From NCBI GenBank assembly GCA_031291715.1, contig JARLIN010000318.1, forward strand, positions 1-57,946: a stretch of DNA of 57,946 nt, read 5' to 3'. Position 1 is the stretch's first letter; each line of letters begins with the position of its first letter. The stretch comes from Rhodopila sp. GTDB lineage: Bacteria; Pseudomonadota; Alphaproteobacteria; Acetobacterales; Acetobacteraceae. The position numbers and the translations under genes are program-made. The notes beneath the pieces are model-generated. The model saw nothing but the letters and a program-made list of their open reading frames with translations. It did no database searches and was not told the DNA's origin. Of the stretch, positions 38,178 through 48,018 are shown piece by piece.

Positions 38178-38975
38178 CTACGCCGCGGCCTGCTGTAAGC
38201 GCTGGGCGTAACGGGTCAACGCCCCGTCATCCGTCGGGACGATCGGGGTGAAATCGGTGTGCGCGATCCACTCGGGCCTCGTCGGCTTGCGGATGTAGTT
38301 GGAGACGGCGTTCAGCGTCAGATAGACGATCTTACGCGGATACGGTGTGATGTTCCCCGCGGAGCCATGCACCAGATTCCCATGGAACAGGAGCAACCCG
38401 CCAGGCTTGCCGGTCGGGGCGACGATACCGCCTTTCTCCACCAGATCGGTCACGGTTTGCTCGTCCAGCGTCCAGAGCGGATAGGAGGTGGTGCTGGTGT
38501 CATGACCCGCAGCGAGCACCCCATGGGTATGGCTGCGCGGAACCAGCATCAGCGGCCCGTTGATCGGCATCACCTCATCCAGGAACACGGCGATGTTCAT
38601 CGCCCGCGGTTCCGGCATGCCATCGTCACGTGCCCAGGTGCCATAATCCTGGTGCCACTGCCACACGTCGCCGGTGAACGACGCTTTGGCGTTGATCTTG
38701 TACTGGTGCATGTAAACCTGTTCCCCGAACAATTGTTCGACGGGGCGGATCATGCCGGGGTGGCGGGCGAGCAGGCCGTGCGCCTCATTGTAGAGATGGG
38801 CGGCAAAGGCGGTACGGGGGGCGCCGGATTTCTCGCGCCAGACTTCCGGGCGCTCCTGGCGATAGATGGCCTCGGCTTCGCTCTTCAGGACGGCAACCTC
38901 GTCCTGCGTGAAAGTGTCCGGCAGAAAGAGATAGCCCTCCTCGTGGAACTGGCGGACCTGTTGTTCTGTCAGCAT
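38178..38975 (-). CDS. Phytanoyl-CoA dioxygenase family (EctD/proline hydroxylase-like) protein
   Basis: HQYKINAK, WQWHQDYGTW, NGPLMLVPRSH, HGSAGNITPYPR. Confidence 0.88.
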   Translation of the reverse strand: MLTEQQVRQFHEEGYLFLPDTFTQDEVAVLKSEAEAIYRQERPEVWREKSGAPRTAFAAHLYNEAHGLLARHPGMIRPVEQLFGEQVYMHQYKINAKASFTGDVWQWHQDYGTWARDDGMPEPRAMNIAVFLDEVMPINGPLMLVPRSHTHGVLAAGHDTSTTSYPLWTLDEQTVTDLVEKGGIVAPTGKPGGLLLFHGNLVHGSAGNITPYPRKIVYLTLNAVSNYIRKPTRPEWIAHTDFTPIVPTDDGALTRYAQRLQQAAA

Positions 38976-39067
38976 GAGTCGCTCCTCCCTCGGGTTTCCC
39001 GTGCGATTTTGGAAGTAGCTTGGCTGCGACCTGCGTCGTGTCAAGTACCGCGACGGAGGGGGAGGCG

Positions 39068-39373
39068 TCAGGCCTCCATCAGGGCGTGGGTGTCCTGATC
39101 GGACCAGACCAGCGTTGCCAGATCGCCCGGCTCCGTCGGCTTGCGGTAGAACATCTGGTCCGGAACAAGCGCGGACACCTCGTCACCGGCGTCGGTCTTC
39201 ACCGCGACCCGGACCATCGCATCCTGGTACTCGACCGCGATCACCTGACCGTTGACATGCGGGCCGTCCTCAGCGGCCCCCAACCGGCAGCGGTCGGCGC
39301 GGACCGCGATGGACCCTTGGTCGTTACGCAGCACGTTAGGGCTGCCGATGAAGCGGGCGATGAACGGGCTGAC
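39068..39373 (-). pseudogene. 3' remnant of a PotA-like ABC transporter ATPase (TOBE domain)
   Basis: SPFIARFIGSPNV..GQVIAVEYQ..TLVW; no Walker A/B; 5' part replaced by a transposase fragment. Confidence 0.75.
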
Positions 39374-39530
39374 CCGACCTGCAAGACGTTCGCCGAGCTT
39401 GGCAAGGCGATCGAAACGATCTTTCTGTGCCGCCATTTGAATAGCGAAGACCTTCGCCATGGAATCAATGATGGACTGAATGTCGTTGAGCTGTTCGATC
39501 TGGCAGCTGGTGACACGACTGTTGGACTTG
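39374..39530 (+). mobile_element. Tn3-family transposase fragment
   Basis: PTCKTFAELGKAIETIFLCRHLNSEDLRHGINDGLNVVE resembles the conserved Tn3 TnpA segment before the catalytic Glu; no start codon or IR seen. Confidence 0.78.
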
Positions 39531-39645
39531 CCCCTATAGGCATGAGCTGCATTACTTAATGGTCAGTTGTAGGGCCGCTACGCCCCACTCCCCCATCAAT
39601 GGGTCCGTGCTAAATCTGCCGCACGCAACGAGGAGCCCTACCCAG

Positions 39646-40899
39646 ATGACCGTCCTGATCGCCGGCGGCGGCATCGCCGGGCTAACCACCGCCCTCAGCC
39701 TACACCAGATTGGCGTGGACTGCCGCGTCTTCGAAACCGTTTCCACGCTCCAGCCGCTAGGTGTCGGCATCAACGTCCTGCCCCACGCGGTGCGAGAACT
39801 GACCGAACTCGGCCTGCACGACGCGCTGGCGGAAACCGCCATTCCGACGGCGGAGCTGGCTTACTACAGCAAGAACGGCCAGCGCATCTGGTCGGAGCCG
39901 CGAGGTCGGGAAGCCGGATACAACTGGCCGCAATTCTCCATCCACCGCGGCGAGCTGCAACTGATCCTGCTGGAGGCCGCACGGTCGCGTCTCGGCGCGC
40001 ATCGCATCCTGACCGGCCATCACCTGAGCGGTTGGGAAGACACCGGCACCGCCGTCAAAGCCCACTTCATCGACAAGCGGACAGGAGCCAGACTGCCGGA
40101 CGCCGAGGGCGACCTGCTGATCGCGGCGGACGGGATTCATTCCGCGGTGCGACAGACGCTATATCCCAACGAAGGGATGCCGGTGTGGAACGGCGCCATT
40201 CTCTGGCGCGGCACGACCCGCGCCAACCCATTCCTCACCGGCCGAAGCATGATCATGGCCGGCCACGAATTCCAGAAATTCGTCGCCTACCCGATCTCCC
40301 GCAGCGCGGCGGATCGCGGGGAGGCGGTGATTAACTGGATCGCGGAACGGAAATTCAGGCCCGACTACTCGTGGCGGCGGGAGGATTGGAACCGCGCCGG
40401 CAATCTGGCGGACTTTCTGCCTCAGTTCGCCAACTGGCGGTTCGACTGGCTGGACGTGCCGGCCGTGATCCAGGCCGCCAGCGGCTGCTTCGAGTATCCG
40501 ATGGTGGACCGCGATCCGTTGGATCGTTGGACCTTCGGCCGCGTCACACTGCTGGGGGACGCGGCGCATCCGATGTATCCAATCGGGTCGAATGGCGCGT
40601 CGCAGGGGATTCTCGACGCCCGCGTGCTGGCCCGGGAAATCCGGCGGTCAGGTGCGACACCAGAGGCTCTGCTGGCCTATGAGGCGGAACGGCGGCCGGC
40701 AACGTCGAAAATCGTGCTGGCCAATCGGGCGAATGGGCCGGAGCAGGTGATGCAGTTGGTGGAGCAGCGCGCCCCGAACGGGTTCGCGCGGATCGAGGAT
40801 GTGCTGACGGCTGCTGAACTGGAAGGCACCGCCGCCGGCTACAAGCACATCGCCGGCTTCGACAGGGACGCGCTGAATGCGCGGGCGCCGATCGTCTGA
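39646..40899 (+). CDS. FAD-dependent monooxygenase (PhzS/salicylate hydroxylase-like)
   Basis: GGGIAG, ADGIHS, LLGDAAHPMYPIGSNGASQ; GAGGAG RBS. Confidence 0.92.
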   Translation: MTVLIAGGGIAGLTTALSLHQIGVDCRVFETVSTLQPLGVGINVLPHAVRELTELGLHDALAETAIPTAELAYYSKNGQRIWSEPRGREAGYNWPQFSIHRGELQLILLEAARSRLGAHRILTGHHLSGWEDTGTAVKAHFIDKRTGARLPDAEGDLLIAADGIHSAVRQTLYPNEGMPVWNGAILWRGTTRANPFLTGRSMIMAGHEFQKFVAYPISRSAADRGEAVINWIAERKFRPDYSWRREDWNRAGNLADFLPQFANWRFDWLDVPAVIQAASGCFEYPMVDRDPLDRWTFGRVTLLGDAAHPMYPIGSNGASQGILDARVLAREIRRSGATPEALLAYEAERRPATSKIVLANRANGPEQVMQLVEQRAPNGFARIEDVLTAAELEGTAAGYKHIAGFDRDALNARAPIV

Positions 40900-40973
40900 G
40901 GCGTTCGCCCTGTCCATTTCGGCATCACAATGCTAAGCGGGGGGGTCATCCGGTAGCAGGGGTTGCAAGGGCT

Positions 40974-42077
40974 ATGACGCGCGAGGCACCTCATGCCATC
41001 GGCCAACGAGAGTCGATCTACCTCGACTTTGTCCGCAGCCTCGCGGCGTTCTTTGTCGTTCTCGACCACGCGCCCACTTTGTTCGACTTACCCAATACAC
41101 CACGCTGGGGCCACGAAGCCGTCATCGTGTTCTTCGTGCTGTCCGGCTACGTCATTTGCAATGTCGCCGATCTGCGCGAAACCACCCCGCGCGCCTTTCT
41201 GATTGCGCGGTTCGCCCGCCTTTGGTCGGTGCTGTTTCCCGCTATGGTCCTGACGTGCCTGTGCGACGTGGTGGGGCGAAACCTGGGCTACAATTCATGG
41301 GCCTACGTGGACGTCCCGAGCAATGCGTTCGTGATCCGTGTCGGTGCGGTTCTGGCCTTTCTTTCAGAAACGTGGGTCAGCATCCAGCCGCTCTCCAATC
41401 AGGTCGTTTGGTCGCTCTGCGCCGAGTTCTGGTACTACATGCTTTTCGCGGCCTGGATGTTCGTTCCCGCCGGCCCCGTGCGCGGGATAGCTGTCGTTAT
41501 CGCGGCGCTCCTTGCGGGGCACAAAGCCCTGCTGCTGCTTCCGATCTGGCTCATGGGTGTGGTGCTTCAACGGTCCGGAAGACTCCGGCGTCTGAGCTTC
41601 ATTTCAAGCGTGGCGCTTTGGTGCGGTGGTCTGGCCATCACCGCCCTGATACTGGCAACGCATGCATATGATCCCGCCATCGACGTCATGAGGTGGCTGG
41701 TCAGCCCCTGGTTGTTCACCCACCTGGCGCAGGCACGGGTGTTTTGGTTGGACTGGGCGCTTGGCCTCACGGTCGCGGCTCATCTTCTCGGGGCGCGTGG
41801 TCTGGTGGCCCGGCTGCCGCTTGAACGAATCGCTGCGCCAATCCGCTGGTGCGCCGGCGTCAGCTTCGCGGCTTATTTGTTTCATATGCCCCTGCTGCAC
41901 TTGTTCGCGGCCTTCCTTCCCAAAACCGCGGGTTTGCCGGCAATCGGGCTCACCCTCATCGCTATCGCGATGCTCGGCCCCCCGGTGGAGCGCAGCAAGC
42001 GCTGGTGGCGCTGGGCGCTGTCGCGGGTCGCCGATAGACTGCCGGACATCAGGCTCGGACGCCTGGAGATATCGTAG
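40974..42077 (+). CDS. Acyltransferase-3 family membrane O-acyltransferase
   Basis: LDFVRSLAAFFVVLDH, VIVFFVLSGY, RFARL, WSLCAEFWYY, SFAAYLFHMP. Confidence 0.9.
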   Translation: MTREAPHAIGQRESIYLDFVRSLAAFFVVLDHAPTLFDLPNTPRWGHEAVIVFFVLSGYVICNVADLRETTPRAFLIARFARLWSVLFPAMVLTCLCDVVGRNLGYNSWAYVDVPSNAFVIRVGAVLAFLSETWVSIQPLSNQVVWSLCAEFWYYMLFAAWMFVPAGPVRGIAVVIAALLAGHKALLLLPIWLMGVVLQRSGRLRRLSFISSVALWCGGLAITALILATHAYDPAIDVMRWLVSPWLFTHLAQARVFWLDWALGLTVAAHLLGARGLVARLPLERIAAPIRWCAGVSFAAYLFHMPLLHLFAAFLPKTAGLPAIGLTLIAIAMLGPPVERSKRWWRWALSRVADRLPDIRLGRLEIS

Positions 42078-42086
42078 AAGCGGGAA

Positions 42087-42983
42087 TCAGGCGGACGAGC
42101 CAGAGCGGCTTCTCACCTCCACCCCGGCCCAGCCCTCCAGCACCTTGATCAGCGAGGTGAAATCCGCCGGCCCCAGCCCCTGTTGCTCCGCGAACCGCCA
42201 AAGCTGGCCGACCGTTTCGTGCACCCACATCGGCACGCCAAGCGCCTCAGCTTCCTTGAGGCCGAGGACGACGTCCTTGACCATGATCGTCAGGCTGGAG
42301 CCGTAGTCGAAGCTACCGGTCAGCACGGATTTCGGCACTTTCGTGAGTGTCGCGCTGTTCTGGCCGGTGGAGACGTTCAGAACATTGACCATCTGGTCCG
42401 GATCAAGACCGCCTTTGGCGCCAAGGACCAAAGCCTCGAACGCGGTCGCCATGTTGGCGGCGTTCACCAGATTATTGACCAACTTCATCAACTGCGCCTG
42501 GCCTGGCTTGTCGCCGACCTCAAAGATGTTCTTGCCGATGCGGTGCAGCCAGGGGCGGATTTCCGCGCGCGCCTCCGGCGAACCGGCGACGATAACCGTC
42601 AGTGTGCCGGCCCGGGCGCCTTTCGGGCCTCCGCTAATTGGGCAGTCCACCAGTGTGATGCCGCGCGACTCCGCAATGGCCTGAACCTTGGCCTGAGCCG
42701 GTCCGCCGATGGTGGACATTTCCACGTAAATACGAACAGCGTTTCCGGCGGCGACATCGCGGGCCACCGATTCACTCACCGCGCCGCTCGGCAGGCATGC
42801 GAAAACAATCTGTGCCGCGTCCGCAACGCCGGTTGGCGAGGCATGCGCATGTGCGCCCTTGGCGACGAAAGGTGCAAGCGCGGCCTTGTTCGGATCGAAT
42901 ACGTGCAAGCTCGCTCCCGCGTCCTGCAGCCGTTCGGCGATGGCCGAACCCATCTGTCCGAGTCCAAGAAATCCAAGTTCCAT
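42087..42983 (-). CDS. Beta-hydroxyacid dehydrogenase (3-hydroxyisobutyrate DH family)
   Basis: GFLGLGQMG, EMST, DCPISGG, KLVNN. Confidence 0.92.
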   Translation of the reverse strand: MELGFLGLGQMGSAIAERLQDAGASLHVFDPNKAALAPFVAKGAHAHASPTGVADAAQIVFACLPSGAVSESVARDVAAGNAVRIYVEMSTIGGPAQAKVQAIAESRGITLVDCPISGGPKGARAGTLTVIVAGSPEARAEIRPWLHRIGKNIFEVGDKPGQAQLMKLVNNLVNAANMATAFEALVLGAKGGLDPDQMVNVLNVSTGQNSATLTKVPKSVLTGSFDYGSSLTIMVKDVVLGLKEAEALGVPMWVHETVGQLWRFAEQQGLGPADFTSLIKVLEGWAGVEVRSRSGSSA

Positions 42984-43066
42984 GATGCGCTCCTCCTGGC
43001 CCCAATGGTGACACAGACCGCGGCCTGTCGCATTGTGTCGCGGTCCTGTTTAGAGGAGGAGACAAA

Positions 43067-43978
43067 ATGGGTATGTTAGATGGGAAGGTCGCCGTCGTAA
43101 CCGGCGCCGGCGGAGGCATTGGCCGGGCAACCGCCATTGCACTCGCGGCGAACGGGGCGAAGGTCGTCGTGAACGACATCGGCGCGACCGTGACCGGTGA
43201 GGGACACGATGCCGGCCCGGCTCAGCGGGTGGTGCAAGAGATCGAGCAGGCCAACGGCGCCGGACGGGCCATCGCCAACAGCGGCAGCGTCGCGAGCTGG
43301 GACGACGCGCAGCGCATGGTGCAGGACGCGATCGACCATTTCGGCCGTATCGACATCGTCGTGAACAACGCCGGCATCCTGCGGGACCGGATGTTCCACT
43401 ACATGTCGATCGAGGAATGGGACGCGGTCATCAAGGTCCACCTCTATGGAGCATTCTATGTCTCGCGCGCCGCGATCCCGCATTTCCGCAAGCAGGAGAG
43501 TGGATGTTACACCCACATCACCTCGACCTCCGGCCTGATCGGCAGCGTTGGCCAGGTGAATTATGGCGCCGCGAAGATGGGCATCGCCGGGCTGTCGCGT
43601 AACATCGCGATGGACATGCAGCGCTACAACGTGCGGTCGAACTGCATCGGGCCCCATGCGTTCAGCCGCATGATCGAAACGGTGCCCGGCCAGACCGAGG
43701 AGCAGCTTCAGGCGCGTGCGGCGAAGACCCGTCCGGACCACATCGCGCAGTTGATCGCTTTCCTGGGAACGGATGCGGCTTCTGGCGTGTCCGGGCAGAT
43801 CTTCGGCGTACGTGGGAACGAGATCTATCTGTACAATCAGCCTCGCCCGATCCGGATCATGGCTCGCCCGGATGGCTGGACCCCGGAAAGGCTGGCGGAG
43901 CAATGGCTGCCGGCGGTGAAGAACAGCTTCACGCCGCTGGAGCGGACCCGCGACGTCTATGCGTGGGATCCGGTCTGA
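43067..43978 (+). CDS. SDR oxidoreductase (hydroxyacyl-CoA dehydrogenase-like)
   Basis: TGAGGGIG, VVVNDIG, NNAGILRD, YGAAK. Confidence 0.93.
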   Translation: MGMLDGKVAVVTGAGGGIGRATAIALAANGAKVVVNDIGATVTGEGHDAGPAQRVVQEIEQANGAGRAIANSGSVASWDDAQRMVQDAIDHFGRIDIVVNNAGILRDRMFHYMSIEEWDAVIKVHLYGAFYVSRAAIPHFRKQESGCYTHITSTSGLIGSVGQVNYGAAKMGIAGLSRNIAMDMQRYNVRSNCIGPHAFSRMIETVPGQTEEQLQARAAKTRPDHIAQLIAFLGTDAASGVSGQIFGVRGNEIYLYNQPRPIRIMARPDGWTPERLAEQWLPAVKNSFTPLERTRDVYAWDPV

Positions 43979-44009
43979 TCGTTACGTCCGGATATAACGT
44001 CTCCTGAAT

Positions 44010-44086
44010 CGTCATGGCTGGGCCTAACCCGGCCACCCCAACCGACACGATATGTGGGGATCCCCGGGTCAGGCCCGGGGATGACG
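44010..44086. repeat. CGTC-type REP palindrome
   Basis: CGTCATGGCTGGGCCTAACCCGGCCACC ... GATCCCCGGGTCAGGCCCGGGGATGACG. Confidence 0.75.
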
Positions 44087-44123
44087 ACGGGTGGGAACGA
44101 CCCGACACCAAGGACTCTGCCCC

Positions 44124-45752
44124 ATGCCATCCACTCTCCGTGGCGCCGACATCGTGGTGCGCACCCTGGAACGCGGCGGCCATACGGATATCTTTACGCT
44201 GTCCGGCAACCACATCATGTCGCTGTTCGATGCCGCGATCGACACAAAGCTCTCGTTGATGCATGTCCGGCATGAGGCCGCGACGGTCCACATGGCCGAT
44301 GCGTATGGACGTTTGACGGGACGGCCGGGCATCGCGTGGGTTACCGGCGGCCCTGGCCACGCCAACGCGGTGGGTGCGCTGTTCACGGCGCTGGGGCAGG
44401 AAACCCCGATGGTGCTGCTGTCCGGCCATACCGAAACCGACCAGCTTGGCCGCGGCGGCTTCCAGGAACTGCGGCAGGTGGACATGGCCGCACCCGTGAC
44501 AAAGGAGTCCTGGATGGCCACGGACACCGCCACGGTTGGCATGGAGGTGGCAAAGGCGATCCGTCTGGCGACCTCGGGCCGGCCTGGACCGGTGCATCTG
44601 AGTTTGCCCTCGGACGTGCTCGACGCGTCCGTTCCCGATAAGGCCGTCGTTTGGCCCACGGACGACGATTTCACGGCACCTTTGCTGGTGCTGAGCGACG
44701 CCGCTGCGGATGCGGTGCTGGCCTTGCTGGCGACGGCGAAGCGGCCGCTTGTGATCGGCGCGCCGGTGCTGGCGACCCGCCGCGGCCGTGATTTGCTGCG
44801 GCGGGTCGAGGGGGCATTGTCGATTCCGACGTGTCTCAGCGAAGGTCCGCGCGGCTTCAACGATGCGAGTCTGGGCGCCTATGCCGAGGTGACGAAGCGC
44901 GCGGACATGGTGCTGCTGCTGGGCAAGGCGCTGGACTTCACCCTGAAGTTTGGCGGGGCGCCGTTCGCACCGGATTGCCGCTTCATCGCCATCGACCCGG
45001 ATGGCGCGATCCTGGATCGTGCAGCCCGGTCGCGCGGGCTTGTGTTCGGTTGCGTGGCCGATACCTATCCGGCGGGAGAGGCGTTGATCGCCCGTGGCAA
45101 TGGTCTTCGCGGCGACGCCGCCTGGCTAGCGGAAGCTCGGTCCTGCTTCGACGACCGGCCGCCGGAATGGGGGCAGCTGGCGTCGAAGACGGAAGGACGG
45201 CTGCATCCCGCACAAGTATTCCAGACGTTGCAGCGGTTTCTCGCGCGTGATCCGGACAGCGTGCTGATCTGCGACGGCGGCGAATTCGCGCAGTGGGGAC
45301 AAAGCATTCTACGAAACGACCGCCGCATGATCAACGGCGTGGCCGGGTCGATCGGGTCGTCCCTGCCGATGGCCTCGGGCGCTCGTGTCGTCGAGAAGAA
45401 GGCGCCGGTCTTCGCCGTGCTGGGCGACGGAACGTTCGGATTTCATATGTCGGAGATCGAAACGGCCGTCCGGTTGAACCTGCCCTACGTCGCAGTCGTC
45501 GGCACCGATTGCCGGTGGAACGCGGAATACAATCTGCAAGTCCGGGACTACGGGCCGAACCGCACGCATGGCTGCGAACTGAACGCCACCCGTTACGATC
45601 TGGTCGCCACCGCGCTGGGTGGGCACGGGGAGCTCGTGACGACCGCGGATGAATTGTCCGGCGCGATCGAACGGTCACTGGCGAGCGGGAAGCCCGCGGT
45701 GGTGAATGTGATGATCGAGAGTATTCCGTCACCCGTCATACGACGGAGCTGA
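44124..45752 (+). CDS. ThDP-binding protein (acetolactate synthase / 2-hydroxyacyl-CoA lyase-like)
   Basis: RHEAATVHMADAYGR, TGGPG, GFQE, GRPGPV, LGDGTFGF. Confidence 0.9.
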   Translation: MPSTLRGADIVVRTLERGGHTDIFTLSGNHIMSLFDAAIDTKLSLMHVRHEAATVHMADAYGRLTGRPGIAWVTGGPGHANAVGALFTALGQETPMVLLSGHTETDQLGRGGFQELRQVDMAAPVTKESWMATDTATVGMEVAKAIRLATSGRPGPVHLSLPSDVLDASVPDKAVVWPTDDDFTAPLLVLSDAAADAVLALLATAKRPLVIGAPVLATRRGRDLLRRVEGALSIPTCLSEGPRGFNDASLGAYAEVTKRADMVLLLGKALDFTLKFGGAPFAPDCRFIAIDPDGAILDRAARSRGLVFGCVADTYPAGEALIARGNGLRGDAAWLAEARSCFDDRPPEWGQLASKTEGRLHPAQVFQTLQRFLARDPDSVLICDGGEFAQWGQSILRNDRRMINGVAGSIGSSLPMASGARVVEKKAPVFAVLGDGTFGFHMSEIETAVRLNLPYVAVVGTDCRWNAEYNLQVRDYGPNRTHGCELNATRYDLVATALGGHGELVTTADELSGAIERSLASGKPAVVNVMIESIPSPVIRRS

Positions 45753-45755
45753 ACC

Positions 45756-46769
45756 ATGCGTCTGTATCGCATTCCTCAGGCGACCGGGATCGACTCGCTG
45801 ACTCTGGCCGAGGCCGATATCCCGCAGCCGCAACGCGGGCAGGCGCTCGTGCGGATGCATGCGGCGTCGCTGAATTATCGTGACCTTATGATTGTGAACG
45901 GACGCGCGGCACGCGGTGCGCCGCCCGCCGATCTTGTTCCACTGTCGGATGGTGCGGGCGAGGTTGTGTCGGTCGGACCGGAGGTGACCCGCGTGAAGCC
46001 GGGCGATCGGGTCGCCGGATGTTTCATGCAAAGCTGGATCGGTGGCCCGATCGGTCCGGACGATGCGGCCAGTTCGCTGGGTGGCGCCATAGACGGCGTT
46101 CTGGCGGAATATAGGTTGTTCGACCAGAACGGGTTGGTTCGCCTCCCAAACCATTTGTCGTTCGAGCAGGGAGCCACCCTGCCCTGTGCCGGCGTCACCG
46201 CCTGGAATGCGCTGTTCGGCGGCCAAACGCTTTATCCTGGCGATAGCGTGCTGGTGCTTGGCACGGGCGGTGTGTCCGTGTTCGCCTTGCAGCTCGCGGT
46301 GGCGGCCGGATTGACGGTCGTCGCGACTTCGTCGTCAGACGAGAAACTCGCCACGATGAAGCGGCTCGGGGCAACGCATCTGGTCAATTACCACCAGCAT
46401 CCGGAATGGCAGGAACAGGTCGTGGCGGTGACCGATGGCGGCGTCGCCCGGGTCGTGGAAGTTGGCGGACCAGGGACGTTGCCCCGCTCGATCCTCGCGA
46501 CGCGGCAGGGCGGGGAGATCGGAATGATCGGTGCGCTGACGGCGGGCGGGGAGATCAATCCGGTTGCGCCCATGCGACGCGGGCTGATCCTCCGCGGGAT
46601 TTATGTCGGGTCGCGGCAGATGTTCGAGGCGATGAACCGGGCGATCACCGCGCACCGGATCGAACCGGTTATTGATCGCGTTTTCCCGTTCGAGCAGGCG
46701 GCGGATGCCTACCGGCATCAGACCGGGCAGACGCACCTCGGCAAGGTGGTCATCCGGATCACCGGTTGA
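45756..46769 (+). CDS. MDR-family NAD(P)-dependent alcohol dehydrogenase-like oxidoreductase
   Basis: SLNYRD, PLSDGAG, LPCAGVTAW, GTGGVS, GKVVI. Confidence 0.9.
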   Translation: MRLYRIPQATGIDSLTLAEADIPQPQRGQALVRMHAASLNYRDLMIVNGRAARGAPPADLVPLSDGAGEVVSVGPEVTRVKPGDRVAGCFMQSWIGGPIGPDDAASSLGGAIDGVLAEYRLFDQNGLVRLPNHLSFEQGATLPCAGVTAWNALFGGQTLYPGDSVLVLGTGGVSVFALQLAVAAGLTVVATSSSDEKLATMKRLGATHLVNYHQHPEWQEQVVAVTDGGVARVVEVGGPGTLPRSILATRQGGEIGMIGALTAGGEINPVAPMRRGLILRGIYVGSRQMFEAMNRAITAHRIEPVIDRVFPFEQAADAYRHQTGQTHLGKVVIRITG

Positions 46770-46817
46770 CGCCCCTCGGGCCAGGCTGCACCGTTTGAAA
46801 AACACAGGAGGATTCTG

Positions 46818-48005
46818 ATGGCTCGACCATTCGAAGGCATCCGCATCATCGACATCACGCACGTCCTCGCTGGCCCGTTCGCGGCGTATCAGCTTGGCTT
46901 GATGGGCGCGGACGTGATCAAGGTGGAGCATCCGGACGATCCGGACCAGAGTCGCGATTCAGGCACCGATAACGATCTGAACCACGCCGGCATGGGTACG
47001 GGGTTCCTGACGCAAGGTTCGAACAAGCGCGCCATCACCCTGAACCTGAAAACCGAGCAGGGTCGGGCGATTTTGAAGAAGCTGGTCGCCACCGCCGATG
47101 TGCTGGTGGAGAACTACCGGCCGGGCGCGTTCGAGGCATTGGGACTGGGCTATGAGGATCTTCGCAAGATCAATCCGAAGCTGATCTACGCTTCGTTTTC
47201 AGCGTTCGGCCAGGATGGCCCCAAGCGGGTGCGGACGGCGTACGACCACGTCATCCAGTCCACGTCCGGCATCATGGCGATGACCGGCACGCCCGAGGTC
47301 AACCCGATCAAGATCGGCGCCCCGGCAATCGACTACGCGACCGGCACAATGGGGGCCTATGCGCTGTCCGCCGCGCTGTTCCAGCGGGAGCGTACCGGCC
47401 AGGGGCAGCGGATCGACATGGCGATGCTGGATGTCGCGATGATTCTGATGGCGAGCCACGTCACCGGGTATCTCCGCAACGGCAAGCACCCGAAACCATC
47501 GGGCAACCGCATGCCGCACGCCACATCCATGGCCTACGAGACGGCGGACGGCATGGTCATGCTCGGCGCTTCCAATCTGTGCCAGCAGAAGCGGCTGTGG
47601 ACCGTGCTGGAGCGGCCAGACCTGATCAAGCGCACCAACGATGAACGTGATGCCGATCACGATCGCGAGGCGCACACGCTGGCCGAGATCATGCTGACCC
47701 GTTCCGCTGCCGAATGGGAAGTTTTCTTGCAGGAACGGCACGTCCCTGCCTCCCGCGTACGGACGATGGGAGAGGCGCTGGAAGATCCGCAGATCGCCTC
47801 ACGCGGTTTGCTGCACCGGCATGAGCAGGCACCCGGGATCGAGGGGTCGTTCACCGTCCCCGTCGCCGCCTTCAAGTTCGAACATGACGGCCCGCGGGTC
47901 GATCGGCCGCCGCCGATGTTTGGCCAGCACAATGATGAGGTGTTGACCGAGCTGGGCTACAGTGAAGCGGACATCGCCGGATTTCGTTCGGCGAAGGTTA
48001 TCTGA
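46818..48005 (+). CDS. CaiB/BaiF family III CoA transferase
   Basis: LAGPFA, GADVIKVE, ADVLVENYRPG, catalytic Asp in PAIDYATG. Confidence 0.93.
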   Translation: MARPFEGIRIIDITHVLAGPFAAYQLGLMGADVIKVEHPDDPDQSRDSGTDNDLNHAGMGTGFLTQGSNKRAITLNLKTEQGRAILKKLVATADVLVENYRPGAFEALGLGYEDLRKINPKLIYASFSAFGQDGPKRVRTAYDHVIQSTSGIMAMTGTPEVNPIKIGAPAIDYATGTMGAYALSAALFQRERTGQGQRIDMAMLDVAMILMASHVTGYLRNGKHPKPSGNRMPHATSMAYETADGMVMLGASNLCQQKRLWTVLERPDLIKRTNDERDADHDREAHTLAEIMLTRSAAEWEVFLQERHVPASRVRTMGEALEDPQIASRGLLHRHEQAPGIEGSFTVPVAAFKFEHDGPRVDRPPPMFGQHNDEVLTELGYSEADIAGFRSAKVI

Positions 48006-48018
48006 ACAGGAGACAGAC

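Noticed and set aside
38178-38975. Calling the dioxygenase ectD
   Set aside because: Lacks the EctD FxWHSDFETWH signature and no ectABC genes are nearby
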